A stretch of 64,000 nt of DNA. Source: Gemmatimonadota bacterium (GTDB lineage: Bacteria; Gemmatimonadota; Gemmatimonadetes; Gemmatimonadales; GWC2-71-9). Below, piece after piece: positions 10,240 to 20,512 of this stretch. Numbering within the stretch: the stretch's first letter is position 1; each line of letters begins with the position of its first letter. A program made the position numbers and the translations under genes. The DNA lies in assembly GCA_036679645.1 (NCBI GenBank), contig JAZDCY010000011.1, positions 32,001 to 96,000 of the forward strand, read 5' to 3'. The notes beneath the pieces are model-generated. The model worked only from the letters and a program-made list of their open reading frames with translations, was not told where the DNA came from and made no database searches.

Positions 10240-10569
10240 TTACTCGCCGTTACAGGGCGGCTTGTAGTTGTCGATCAGATCCCGCTCGATCGTCAGCCGC
10301 CGCTGCTGGGACGATTCGGTACAGACGCCGAGGTGCGTCTTCCCGTTGCGGTCGAAGCACTGCGCTTTGTGGTGACTGTCGAACCGCTCACTGAGGTTCC
10401 CGGTCTCCCCGATGTAGAGGACATCATAGCGGTCATCCGTACGGAGCTTGAGCACCGCATAGACGCCGCCGATGGGTTTGCACTCCGTCCTCCATGGGTA
10501 GACCGTGAACTCGTACGCGGCGCCCGAGCGCCCCTTCAGGACAACGGTGGTACTGGTACTGGTGGGCAT
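10240..10569 (-). CDS. Small stand-alone GIY-YIG nuclease-family protein
   Basis: GGVYAV...VLYIGETGNLSERF, IERDLI and PPCN motifs; GGAGGG RBS before ATG 10569. Confidence 0.8.
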   Translation of the reverse strand: MPTSTSTTVVLKGRSGAAYEFTVYPWRTECKPIGGVYAVLKLRTDDRYDVLYIGETGNLSERFDSHHKAQCFDRNGKTHLGVCTESSQQRRLTIERDLIDNYKPPCNGE

Positions 10570-10644
10570 ATGGCCCTCCGTCAGGATGTGGGACCGACTG
10601 GACGGCCACCGGCTCGACGCGTAGACTTCTCTTACCATGTGCTC

Positions 10645-10721
10645 GGCCTGGGACGCTTATGTCGACCCTGGTTGAGAGGTGGCGAGAGGCCCGTGCTACT
10701 AACACGGGTCTTCTCATTTTT
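10645..10721 (+). ncRNA. Candidate cis-antisense sRNA (ptaRNA1-like)
   Basis: TACCAT -10-like hexamer at 10633-10638; GGACGCTTATGTC...GGTTGAGAGGTGGC body; terminal hairpin plus T-run; antisense to the GIY-YIG leader. The family resemblance is from memory and was not searched. Confidence 0.5.
10684..10721 (+). terminator. Intrinsic terminator-like hairpin
   Basis: GAGAGGCCCGTG-ctactaa-CACGGGTCTTCTC followed by ATTTTT. Confidence 0.65.
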
Positions 10722-10884
10722 CCAGCAGAATGGCAGTACTCGGCTGGATATGCGTTGAAATGTACCGTTCGCAGGATGTATGTCAAATTTCTGTTGCGGT
10801 ATGGGATTCTGCAAAACAATTTGCAATTGACTTATTGACAAGTATCGGCGACATTATTGACGCACTTTGGTTTCCAGGACCGCC

Positions 10885-12234
10885 ATGTCGCCACCCATCT
10901 CGTTCACTCCAGCTCTCTCGCCCGATCAGATCGCCGAACTGACCCGCCTGCTCGGAGAAATCGACGAGTTCAAGGGCCACTGGCGCAAGCTCGGGGAGAT
11001 CCGAGCCGAACGCCTGGCGTCGCTCAGGCAGGTGACCACCATTGAGTCGGCAGGCAGTTCCACCCGCATCGAGGGCGCCCAGCTCAGCGACGACGAGGTC
11101 AAGCTCGTCCTCCAGGGGCTACGCGTAGACAGTTTCCGCGAGCGCGATGAGGGCGAGGTCCGGGGCTACGGCGAGTTACTCCAGACCATCTTCGACAACT
11201 ACCGCGAGATCCCGGTCACCGAGAACTACATCAAGCAGCTCCATAAGATGCTGCTCGCCCACGTAGAGAAGGACGCCTGGCACCGCGGGGAGTACAAGAA
11301 GCAACCCAACCCGGTGGAGGCTCGTCACCCTGATGGGCGGGTAGAGGTGATCTTTGAGACCGCATCACCGTTCGATACGCCCCGCCTGATGGCGGAACTC
11401 ATCGCGGCAACAACGCAGAGCCTCGACGGCGAGCATATCCATCCACTGGTCACCATTGCCCGCCTCGTCGTCGAGTTCCTCGCCATTCACCCGTTCCAGG
11501 ATGGCAACGGACGGCTATCAAGGGCACTCACCGCGTTGCTGATGCTGCGCGCCGGCTACGAGTACGTCCCGTACGCATCCGTTGAGCGGATCATTGAAGA
11601 CAACAAGACGGAGTACTATCACGCGCTGCGTATGTCGCAGACCGGAATGTCCGACGATCCCTCGGATTTCGGCGACTGGCTGCTGTTTTTTCTCCGGGCA
11701 CTGCAAACACAAAAGCGGATTCTCGCCGGCAAACTCGAGGTCGAACGTTCAATCGTCCGCCTCAATGACATCCAGGTGCGTGCCCTGGAACTGGTCGAGA
11801 AGCATGGGCGCAGCACCAGCACGGACGTAGCCACCGCACTCTCGATCAGCACCCGGTCTGCGCGGTATCACCTCGGCATGCTTCTGGAACGGGGCCTCGT
11901 ACAGGCGCACGGAGAGCGACGCGGACGCTACTACACACGAGGATTGGGCACCAACGAAGGGATGCTCAGGGATCCGCGATCGAAAAACGCGGCCATCCTG
12001 GCAGAAATCCTCGCACGTGGAGGGTCGGTTACACAGAAAGAACTGATCGAACTGGTCGACGCTGAGCGTGCCGACCGCCGGATCGTCGGCTCGCTGCACG
12101 GTCGCCGGCAGGCACACCTGCAACGCGATCACAAGACCGGGAGAAGCAGGCTCACGGCTCGCGGAAGAGAGGTGGCGGAGCAGTACGTCTTTGCCAGACG
12201 ACTTTCCAAGGAGCCGGCCACCGAAACGACGTGA
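10885..12234 (+). CDS. Fic family protein with C-terminal winged-HTH domain(s)
   Basis: HPFQDGNGRLSR Fic motif; N-terminal STRIEG inhibitory motif (class II); wHTH (STDVATALSISTRSARYHLGMLLERGLV...GRYY). Confidence 0.9.
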   Translation: MSPPISFTPALSPDQIAELTRLLGEIDEFKGHWRKLGEIRAERLASLRQVTTIESAGSSTRIEGAQLSDDEVKLVLQGLRVDSFRERDEGEVRGYGELLQTIFDNYREIPVTENYIKQLHKMLLAHVEKDAWHRGEYKKQPNPVEARHPDGRVEVIFETASPFDTPRLMAELIAATTQSLDGEHIHPLVTIARLVVEFLAIHPFQDGNGRLSRALTALLMLRAGYEYVPYASVERIIEDNKTEYYHALRMSQTGMSDDPSDFGDWLLFFLRALQTQKRILAGKLEVERSIVRLNDIQVRALELVEKHGRSTSTDVATALSISTRSARYHLGMLLERGLVQAHGERRGRYYTRGLGTNEGMLRDPRSKNAAILAEILARGGSVTQKELIELVDAERADRRIVGSLHGRRQAHLQRDHKTGRSRLTARGREVAEQYVFARRLSKEPATETT

Positions 12235-12237
12235 CTC

Positions 12238-13596
12238 CTAGCTGAGTTCCTCGAACTCCGCGGTAAAGTGCCGCAAGAACGGCGGTTCGTTGGTCATCCG
12301 TAGTCCCGCGAGTTCCGACCGCTTCTCGAACACGGCGGCACAGGCCTCCACCACATAGTCGACGTGACTCTGGGTATACACCCGCCGCGGAATGGCGAGC
12401 CGTACCAGCTCCATGGCCGGCGGTTCATCGCCTCCGCCAAACATGACGCTGCCGATCTCGACAGCCCGGATGCCCGCTTCCCTGTACAGCGCGCAGACGA
12501 GCGCCTGCCCGGGGAATTGGTCCGGCGGGATGTGGGGACAGAGCACGCCGGCGTCGATGTAGATAGCGTGGCCGCCCGGAGGCTCGACGATCTGATAACC
12601 GAGCGCGAGTAGCCGTTCGCCGAGATACTCCGTGGACCGCAGGCGATACGCCAGGTAGTCCTCGTGCAGCACCTCCTCGAATCCCTGCGCCATCGCCTCG
12701 AGGTCGCGTCCGGCCAGGCCTCCATAGGTGACATACCCCTCGGTGAGGATGAGCAGCGCATCCGCACGCTGCACCAAATCCTCGTCCCGCAGAAGCAACA
12801 CACCTCCGATATTGACGAGACCATCCTTCTTAGCGCTGATCGTCGCGCCATCGGCCAGATCGAACATCTCGCGCGCAATCTGTCTTGGCGTGCGGTCTTG
12901 CTGGCCGGCCTCGCGCAGCTTGATGAAGTACGCGTTCTCGGCAAACCGGCAGGCGTCGAGGAACAGCGGAATCCCGTGGCGGTCGCAGATGGCACGCACC
13001 GCCCGGATGTTCTCGAGACTCACGGGCTGCCCGCCCCCGGAGTTGTTGGTGACCGTCATCATGCAGAGTGGAATACGATCTACACCGACGGCATCGATCA
13101 GGGCCTCGAGCTTCGCCGTATCCAAGTTGCCCTTGAACGGGTGCCGCGTCGCCGGCTGCCGACCCTCGTCGATGACGAGATCGACCGCTTCGGCGCCTGT
13201 GTGCTCGATGTTGGCGCGTGTGGTGTCGAAGTGGTTGTTGTTCGGGATGACTTTCCCCAGGCCCCCTACTAACTCGAACAGTATCCGTTCCGCCGCACGT
13301 CCCTGATGCGTCGGCAGAATGTGCTCAAACCCTGTGATCTCCTCGAGACTCCGCTTGAAACGATAGAAGCTCTCCGCTCCAGCGTACGACTCGTCACCCT
13401 GCATGATGCCGGACCACTGGAGGCTGCTCATGGCCCCCGTGCCGCTATCGGTCAGGAGGTCGATCAGGACATCCTCTGCGTGAATGGCAAACGGATTGAA
13501 GGCGGCGGCACGCAAGACCTCCTCCCTGTGCGCCGGCGACGTCATGTGGATCGGCTCGACAACCTTGATCCGAAACGGCTCGATGATCGTCTTCAT
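12238..13596 (-). CDS. tnaA: Tryptophanase (tryptophan indole-lyase)
   Basis: EPFRIKVVE, DLLTDSGT, SAKKDG PLP lysine; LRHFTA favours TnaA over tyrosine phenol-lyase. Confidence 0.88.
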   Translation of the reverse strand: MKTIIEPFRIKVVEPIHMTSPAHREEVLRAAAFNPFAIHAEDVLIDLLTDSGTGAMSSLQWSGIMQGDESYAGAESFYRFKRSLEEITGFEHILPTHQGRAAERILFELVGGLGKVIPNNNHFDTTRANIEHTGAEAVDLVIDEGRQPATRHPFKGNLDTAKLEALIDAVGVDRIPLCMMTVTNNSGGGQPVSLENIRAVRAICDRHGIPLFLDACRFAENAYFIKLREAGQQDRTPRQIAREMFDLADGATISAKKDGLVNIGGVLLLRDEDLVQRADALLILTEGYVTYGGLAGRDLEAMAQGFEEVLHEDYLAYRLRSTEYLGERLLALGYQIVEPPGGHAIYIDAGVLCPHIPPDQFPGQALVCALYREAGIRAVEIGSVMFGGGDEPPAMELVRLAIPRRVYTQSHVDYVVEACAAVFEKRSELAGLRMTNEPPFLRHFTAEFEELS

Positions 13597-13677
13597 GTCA
13601 AGCACCCCGCTCCCTCGGTAACGTAGCCGTACAGACACGTTCTGCGAAGCCAGTGCCGCTTCGCGTATATTCCGGAA

Positions 13678-15091
<1,414 letters not shown>

Positions 15092-15115
15092 CGCAGCCCT
15101 CTCAGCGAGCGTTTC

Positions 15116-15313
15116 ATGGTCCCGATCTCCTCCCTGTGGCTCGCCATCGTCCTGTCATCGGTACTGGTCTTAGTGGTGAGCTTCGTCGTCTGGACGATGA
15201 TGCCGTACCACAAGTCCGATTACAAACCCCTGCCCAACGAAGACGCGGCCCGCAAGGCGCTCATCTACGGATCGCTGACCGCGGGCATCTTTGGTTGGCT
15301 GTGGCCGGCGTAA
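15116..15313 (+). CDS. Small membrane protein, possibly an internally deleted remnant
   Basis: 65 aa with hydrophobic N- and C-terminal segments; fills the thiC-pepE gap. Confidence 0.6.
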   Translation: MVPISSLWLAIVLSSVLVLVVSFVVWTMMPYHKSDYKPLPNEDAARKALIYGSLTAGIFGWLWPA

Positions 15314-15317
15314 GGCC

Positions 15318-16025
15318 GTGAAGCGTCTGCTGCTCCTCAGCAACTCGACCAATCCCGGCCAGCCCTTCCTCGAGCATGCGTTACCACACCTGGGCGCGTT
15401 TCTTGGCGAGCCGACGCAGATCGCCTTCGTGCCGTTCGCGGCGGTGCGATTTTCCTACGATGAGTTCACCGCGAAGGTGGCTGCGCGGTTCGGCGAGCTG
15501 GGACACACGGTACGATCCGTCCACGATGCGCGCGATCCAGCCGGCATGCTTCGCGACGCCGGCGCAATCGCCGTTGGTGGCGGGAACACATTCCATCTGC
15601 TGCGGGCGCTGGCCGAGCGGTCTCTGCTTGGTCCCATTCGCGAGAGTGTGGCAGGCGGGACACCGTACATCGGGTGGAGCGCAGGCTCCAACGTAGCCTG
15701 TCCGACCATCCGTACCACCAACGACATGCCGATCGTCGAGCCGTCCTCATTCGTTGCGCTTGGGCTGATTCCGTTTCAGATCAACCCGCACTTCACCGAC
15801 GCCGGGGTTCCCGGGCATGGCGGCGAGACCCGGACCGAGCGTCTGCTCGAGTTTGTCGCGGCGAATCCTACTGCTCGTGTGCTGGCGCTTCCGGAAGGGA
15901 CGATGCTGCGCGTAGAAGACGGCACGCTCACGCTCATAGGCGACCGACCTGCGAAGATCTTTGCGCAAAACGCCGCGCCTGCCGAAATAGCACCAGGCGG
16001 CTCGCTTCAGGGACTCGTGGCGTAA
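15318..16025 (+). CDS. pepE: Dipeptidase E (peptidase S51)
   Basis: LLLLSNS, VGGGNTF, GWSAG, TTNDMP, INPH, GETR. Confidence 0.93.
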   Translation: MKRLLLLSNSTNPGQPFLEHALPHLGAFLGEPTQIAFVPFAAVRFSYDEFTAKVAARFGELGHTVRSVHDARDPAGMLRDAGAIAVGGGNTFHLLRALAERSLLGPIRESVAGGTPYIGWSAGSNVACPTIRTTNDMPIVEPSSFVALGLIPFQINPHFTDAGVPGHGGETRTERLLEFVAANPTARVLALPEGTMLRVEDGTLTLIGDRPAKIFAQNAAPAEIAPGGSLQGLVA

Positions 16026-16336
16026 CGGCGGCGCGGTCGCCACCTGAGGCGCTCCAGTGCCACGCGGCCCGAGGCGTCGAACGTCACACCTTCATCTTCC
16101 AGCAGTGTACGCTGGATCGTTTCACAATCACGCTCGGTCCGGGTACTCACACGGCCGCGCGCATTGATGACCCGGTGCCACGGAATGCGGTCGTCGGTGA
16201 GCGCGTTGAGGGCATATCCCACGAGACGTGGCTGTCGCGAGAACCCGGCGAGTTCGGCGACCTGGCCGTATGTGGCGACGCGGCCTCGTGGGATCCGCTT
16301 CACAACCGCGTAGATACGTGCGTGCGTACCGCGCAC
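16007..16336 (-). CDS. Alkyltransferase-like protein (Atl/YbaZ, MGMT family)
   Basis: IPRGRVATYGQVA; PWHRVIN, with Trp replacing the catalytic Cys. Confidence 0.88.
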   Translation of the reverse strand: MRGTHARIYAVVKRIPRGRVATYGQVAELAGFSRQPRLVGYALNALTDDRIPWHRVINARGRVSTRTERDCETIQRTLLEDEGVTFDASGRVALERLRWRPRRRYATSP

Positions 16337-16337
16337 C

Positions 16338-18287
16338 TCAAATGAGTTCTGCGTCCGTCACGATCTCGACGAGTGCCGGCCCGTCGTGCGCCAACGCCTT
16401 CTCGATCGCCTCCCGCACATCGGCTCTCTGCTCGACGCGTTGCCCAAAGGCGCCGCACAGCCGCGCGTAGCGGGCAAAGTTGGGATTGTGCAGCGACGTC
16501 TGCCACACCTCCCATTCGCCCGCACGCTGTTCCTTCGAGATCTTCCCGAGTTCGCTGTTGTTGAGCAGGATGTGCGTGATGTTCATCCCGTACTTCACGG
16601 CGGTGGTCAGTTCGGCCATGTACTGGCCGAACCCACCGTCCCCGGTGACCGCGATGATCGTTCGATCGGGTGCTGCGGCCCACGCGCCCATCGCCGCCGG
16701 GAAGCCGAACCCAATCGACCCCAGATACCCCGACATCAGCACGGATTGGCGCTTGCATTCGAAGTAGCGGCCAAACGAGTACGTGTTGTTGCCCACGTCC
16801 ACCGCAATGACGGCGTCCTCCGGAGCAACGTCTGTCAGTGCGGCAAAGATCGACGCCGAGTTCACGCCGCGGCCACGATCGTCGAGGAGGCGCTTCGCCT
16901 TTTCGGTACGCCAGATCTCCCACCGTTTCGCAACCTCCGGTCGCTGGTCTTGCGTCGCCGGCGTACCCACGGCGTCGAGCATGAGACGAGCCGTGACACC
17001 AATCTCCCCCAGTACGGGAACAGCAACCGGATGGAATTTGCCGTGGGCCATGGGATCGAAATCGACCTGAACTATCGGCTTCTTTGGCGTGATGCCCGTA
17101 TGATTGGAGAACGACGCCCCGAACACGACGAGCACGTCCGACTCGTTCATGAACCAACTCGCGATCGGTGTTCCGCTGCGACCGAGCACACCACATCCCA
17201 GCGGATGCCCGTCGGAGATCAAGCCCTTTCCCTTGAAGGTCGTGAGAACCGGCGCGTTCAGCCGCTCGGCAAGCTCGATGATAGGAGGCATGTTGAAGCG
17301 TGCGCCATGGCCCACGATGAACACTGGGCGCTTGGCGCCCTTGAGGAGGTCGACCGCTTCAGCGAGCGCCGCCTGAGGCGGCGCAATTTCCTGGCTCGGC
17401 ATGCGGCCTCGAGGGGACGATGGCTTCTTGCCTTCAGCCGGGATCGTCTGCACTTCGTTCGGGAAGATCAACGCCGCCACATCACGCTGGAGGGTGGCGT
17501 GTTTCAGCGCGAGCGTCATGAGTTCGGCGTGGCGACTAGTGGGCAGGACCGTCTGCTTCCACGCCGCCACGGCCTCGAATGCCGAATTGAGATCGACCTC
17601 CTGAAAAGCCCCGGGACCGAGTACTTGTGTATCGACCTGGCCCGGCAGCGCGAGGATAGGCGCGCGATCGACCTTTGCGTCCCAGAGGCCCGTGAGCATG
17701 TTCGTCGCGCCCGGGCCGGCAATTGAGAAACATGCGGCGGGCTTGCCCGTCAGCTTTGCATACGCCGACGCGGCAAACGCGGCCGCGCCTTCATGGCGAA
17801 CACCAATGTAGGTGAGTCTGCCCTGTTGCTCTTGCCGGCGGAACGCGTCTGCCAGCCCCAGGTTGGAGTGTCCGACCATACCGAACACGTGGGTGACACC
17901 CCAGTTGACCATCGTCTCTACCATTACGTCGGCGACCGTGCGCACGTGCGGCGGCTCCGGTTCAAGCCCGAGGTAGATGCCGTCGTCCCGTATCTCGACG
18001 GGATACGTCGGAATCCCGTCGCCGAAGCTGCCCGGTGACTTACCTGTGCAGGGATGAAAATCCCACCCGTGCCACGGGCAGCGGAGCCACCCGTTCTCGA
18101 TGGACCCCTCACCCAGTGGCCCACCCTGATGCGGACACCGATTGTCGAGTGCCGCGTACTCGCCCTCGAAGTGCGTCAGAGCGAACTGGCGGTGGGCCGC
18201 CGTCACCGTCATGACGCGCCCCTCCGGAAGCTCCTCGACGTCGGCCACGCGATGCCAGGTCAGTTCACGTGTCTGCGACTCGGCCAT
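16338..18287 (-). CDS. Rieske [2Fe-2S]-fused TPP-dependent enzyme (pyruvate oxidase/acetolactate synthase family)
   Basis: CPHQG...CPWHG Rieske ligands; RHEGAAAF, GPGATN; GDGGF...NN TPP motif. Confidence 0.9.
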   Translation of the reverse strand: MAESQTRELTWHRVADVEELPEGRVMTVTAAHRQFALTHFEGEYAALDNRCPHQGGPLGEGSIENGWLRCPWHGWDFHPCTGKSPGSFGDGIPTYPVEIRDDGIYLGLEPEPPHVRTVADVMVETMVNWGVTHVFGMVGHSNLGLADAFRRQEQQGRLTYIGVRHEGAAAFAASAYAKLTGKPAACFSIAGPGATNMLTGLWDAKVDRAPILALPGQVDTQVLGPGAFQEVDLNSAFEAVAAWKQTVLPTSRHAELMTLALKHATLQRDVAALIFPNEVQTIPAEGKKPSSPRGRMPSQEIAPPQAALAEAVDLLKGAKRPVFIVGHGARFNMPPIIELAERLNAPVLTTFKGKGLISDGHPLGCGVLGRSGTPIASWFMNESDVLVVFGASFSNHTGITPKKPIVQVDFDPMAHGKFHPVAVPVLGEIGVTARLMLDAVGTPATQDQRPEVAKRWEIWRTEKAKRLLDDRGRGVNSASIFAALTDVAPEDAVIAVDVGNNTYSFGRYFECKRQSVLMSGYLGSIGFGFPAAMGAWAAAPDRTIIAVTGDGGFGQYMAELTTAVKYGMNITHILLNNSELGKISKEQRAGEWEVWQTSLHNPNFARYARLCGAFGQRVEQRADVREAIEKALAHDGPALVEIVTDAELI

Positions 18288-18315
18288 GTCTCGCTATCTC
18301 CTCGTCTGCGGTGTT

Positions 18316-19923
18316 TCACTTCTCTCCGACCCCGCCGTAAGACACGCCCGACAGGGAGGCCATGTCGCGATCCCACGTCGTGAGGTCGCCGCGCGAGAAC
18401 TGATTCAGGTGTGAGTGACCGCATGCGCGTGCCAGGATCTTCATCAGGTCCGCGGCCGCGCCCAGAAATCGCGCGAGCCGCTCGGCCGCTGGCTGCGCCG
18501 GGAGGCGTGCCCGGAGATGCGGCTTTTGTGTGGCGATCCCAACGGGGCAGTTGTTGGTGTGACACGCCCGCATGGCGATACAGCCTATCGCCTGCATGGC
18601 CGCGTTGGAGACGGCGATACCGTCGGCCCCAAGCGCTAGCGCCTTGGCAAAATCGGCCGGCGTCCGCAGCCCGCCGGTGATGATCAGCGTGACGTCGCCG
18701 GCCCCACATCCGTCCAGGTGGCGCCGCGCGCGCGCGAGGGCCGGGATCGTCGGCACCGAGATGTTCTCGCGAAAGATCAACGGCGCTGCTCCCGTTCCAC
18801 CGCCCCGCCCATCCAAAATGATGTAATCGACCCCAATCTCCAACGCGGTATCGATATCGCGCTCGATATGCTGTGCCGAGAGCTTGAACCCCACGGGTAT
18901 TCCACCCGTTTGCGCGCGCACCTCCTCCGCAAAGTCACGGTAGTCAGCGGGGTGCGTCCAGTCGGGAAACCGCGCCGGTGACACCGCGGGTTCCCCCTCG
19001 GGGAGGTTCCGGACCTCTGCGATCTTGCCTGTCACCTTTGGACCGGGAAGGTGGCCACCCGTGCCCGTCTTTGCGGCCTGTCCTCCCTTGAAGTGAAAGG
19101 CCTGCACGCGCTTCACCTTGTCCCACGAGAACCCGAAGCGTGCCGACGCCAACTCGTAGAAATACCGGCTGTTTGCCGCCTGCTCTTCGGGCAACATCCC
19201 GCCCTCTCCCGAGGCAATGCCGGTACCCGCCAACTCGGCACCGTGCGCGAGTGCGACCTTGGCCTCTTGCGAAAGAGCGCCAAAGCTCATGTCGGATACG
19301 AAGATCGGTATCTCCAACCGCAACGGCTGTGGCGCCTTGGGACCAATAACTAGATCGGTGCCGACCTCCGTGCCGTCGAGGAGCGGGAGTGTGTGCAATT
19401 GGGCAGTGACGAACTGGATGCCATCCCAACTCGGGAGTTCGCGTTCCGGTACCCCCATCGCGGCAACGGGTCCATGTTCACCACCCAGTCCACGAGACGC
19501 TAGTTGCTGGATGTAGCCGGTATGGGGTTCGTCGGGCGTGCCGTGCGGGTCCTGATATGATCCCTGATAGGCATCCCGGTCATACGGCTGCGGGTATTCC
19601 GTGGCCCACGCCGCGACCTCGTCTTCATCAACCCAAACTGCTTCATCCTCCACCCAGCTCGTGAACTTCTGCAGGCGTTCGGTATTGTTGTACGCACTTA
19701 CACCGGTACTGATTCGGTAGTCCCACTGATGAACACCACAGATAAGGTTCTCACCGCGCACAAACCCGTCGCACAGGAGTGCGCCCCGATGCAGACACCG
19801 GCCGTAGAGCACGGAAACGTCGTCACCCTGTCGGACGACGACGAGATCCACATCCGCAACGAGCGCGTGGGTCGGCACACGTTCCTGCAGCGTGTTCCAG
19901 CCGGCAATCTTGACGCGCTTCAT
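18316..19923 (-). CDS. Rieske-fused FMN-binding glutamate synthase-related protein
   Basis: CLHRG...CGVHQW Rieske; MSFGALS, GEGG, DGRGGGTGAAP; CIAMRACHTNNC [3Fe-4S]; no glutaminase domain. Confidence 0.9.
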   Translation of the reverse strand: MKRVKIAGWNTLQERVPTHALVADVDLVVVRQGDDVSVLYGRCLHRGALLCDGFVRGENLICGVHQWDYRISTGVSAYNNTERLQKFTSWVEDEAVWVDEDEVAAWATEYPQPYDRDAYQGSYQDPHGTPDEPHTGYIQQLASRGLGGEHGPVAAMGVPERELPSWDGIQFVTAQLHTLPLLDGTEVGTDLVIGPKAPQPLRLEIPIFVSDMSFGALSQEAKVALAHGAELAGTGIASGEGGMLPEEQAANSRYFYELASARFGFSWDKVKRVQAFHFKGGQAAKTGTGGHLPGPKVTGKIAEVRNLPEGEPAVSPARFPDWTHPADYRDFAEEVRAQTGGIPVGFKLSAQHIERDIDTALEIGVDYIILDGRGGGTGAAPLIFRENISVPTIPALARARRHLDGCGAGDVTLIITGGLRTPADFAKALALGADGIAVSNAAMQAIGCIAMRACHTNNCPVGIATQKPHLRARLPAQPAAERLARFLGAAADLMKILARACGHSHLNQFSRGDLTTWDRDMASLSGVSYGGVGEK

Positions 19924-19939
19924 GTTCTCCCCTTGCCAC

Positions 19940-20512
19940 TCAACCGTTATAGATCAGCCCACCACCCGTCCCATACGCTTCCAGAACGGCTGCTGCTTCC
20001 GCGCGCAGGACACCGTGTACCGCGGTAATGCCGCGCGCCTCGAGATAGCGGTACGACTCCGGGAAGACCGGCCCCTCATCGAACCCGATCCGATTGGCGT
20101 CTTCGCGCGTGGCTCCGCACACGACCCGGGTCACCCCGCTCCAAAGGATGGCTCCTAGACACATGGCGCACGGATTGCATGAGGTCACCAACTCGTGCGC
20201 CGGGCAGCCTTCCGCTTGGAGCGTGTATGCTCCTACGGCCTGTTCGGCCAACATCAGCGCGAGAACCTCCGCGTGCATCAAGGAGTTCCGAGCTCGCACC
20301 ACGCCGTTCACTCCCGCTGCCACAACACGGTTCGTGTCCGTGCGAACGACCACGGCCCCGAAAGGCCCACCCGCCTCTTGCTCGACGTTGCGCGCCGAAA
20401 GGGAGATCGCCAATTGCATCTTGTCCGCGTCAGTCTCATACGCGTGATTCCAGTCCACCATCGTGCCGACCCATTCCGGCACACCAACCCGAATCTCGTG
20501 GTGCGGTGACAC
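19940..20512 (-). CDS. Nucleoside/nucleobase deaminase (cytidine deaminase superfamily)
   Basis: GGPFGA, HAE and PCAMC zinc motifs. Confidence 0.88.
   Translation of the reverse strand: MSPHHEIRVGVPEWVGTMVDWNHAYETDADKMQLAISLSARNVEQEAGGPFGAVVVRTDTNRVVAAGVNGVVRARNSLMHAEVLALMLAEQAVGAYTLQAEGCPAHELVTSCNPCAMCLGAILWSGVTRVVCGATREDANRIGFDEGPVFPESYRYLEARGITAVHGVLRAEAAAVLEAYGTGGGLIYNG

Noticed and set aside
2943..12240. CTCCTA at both island edges (2943-2948, 12235-12240) as possible att sites
   Set aside because: Only 6 bp, explained by stop codon plus RBS (TAGGAG); no integrase or tRNA nearby.
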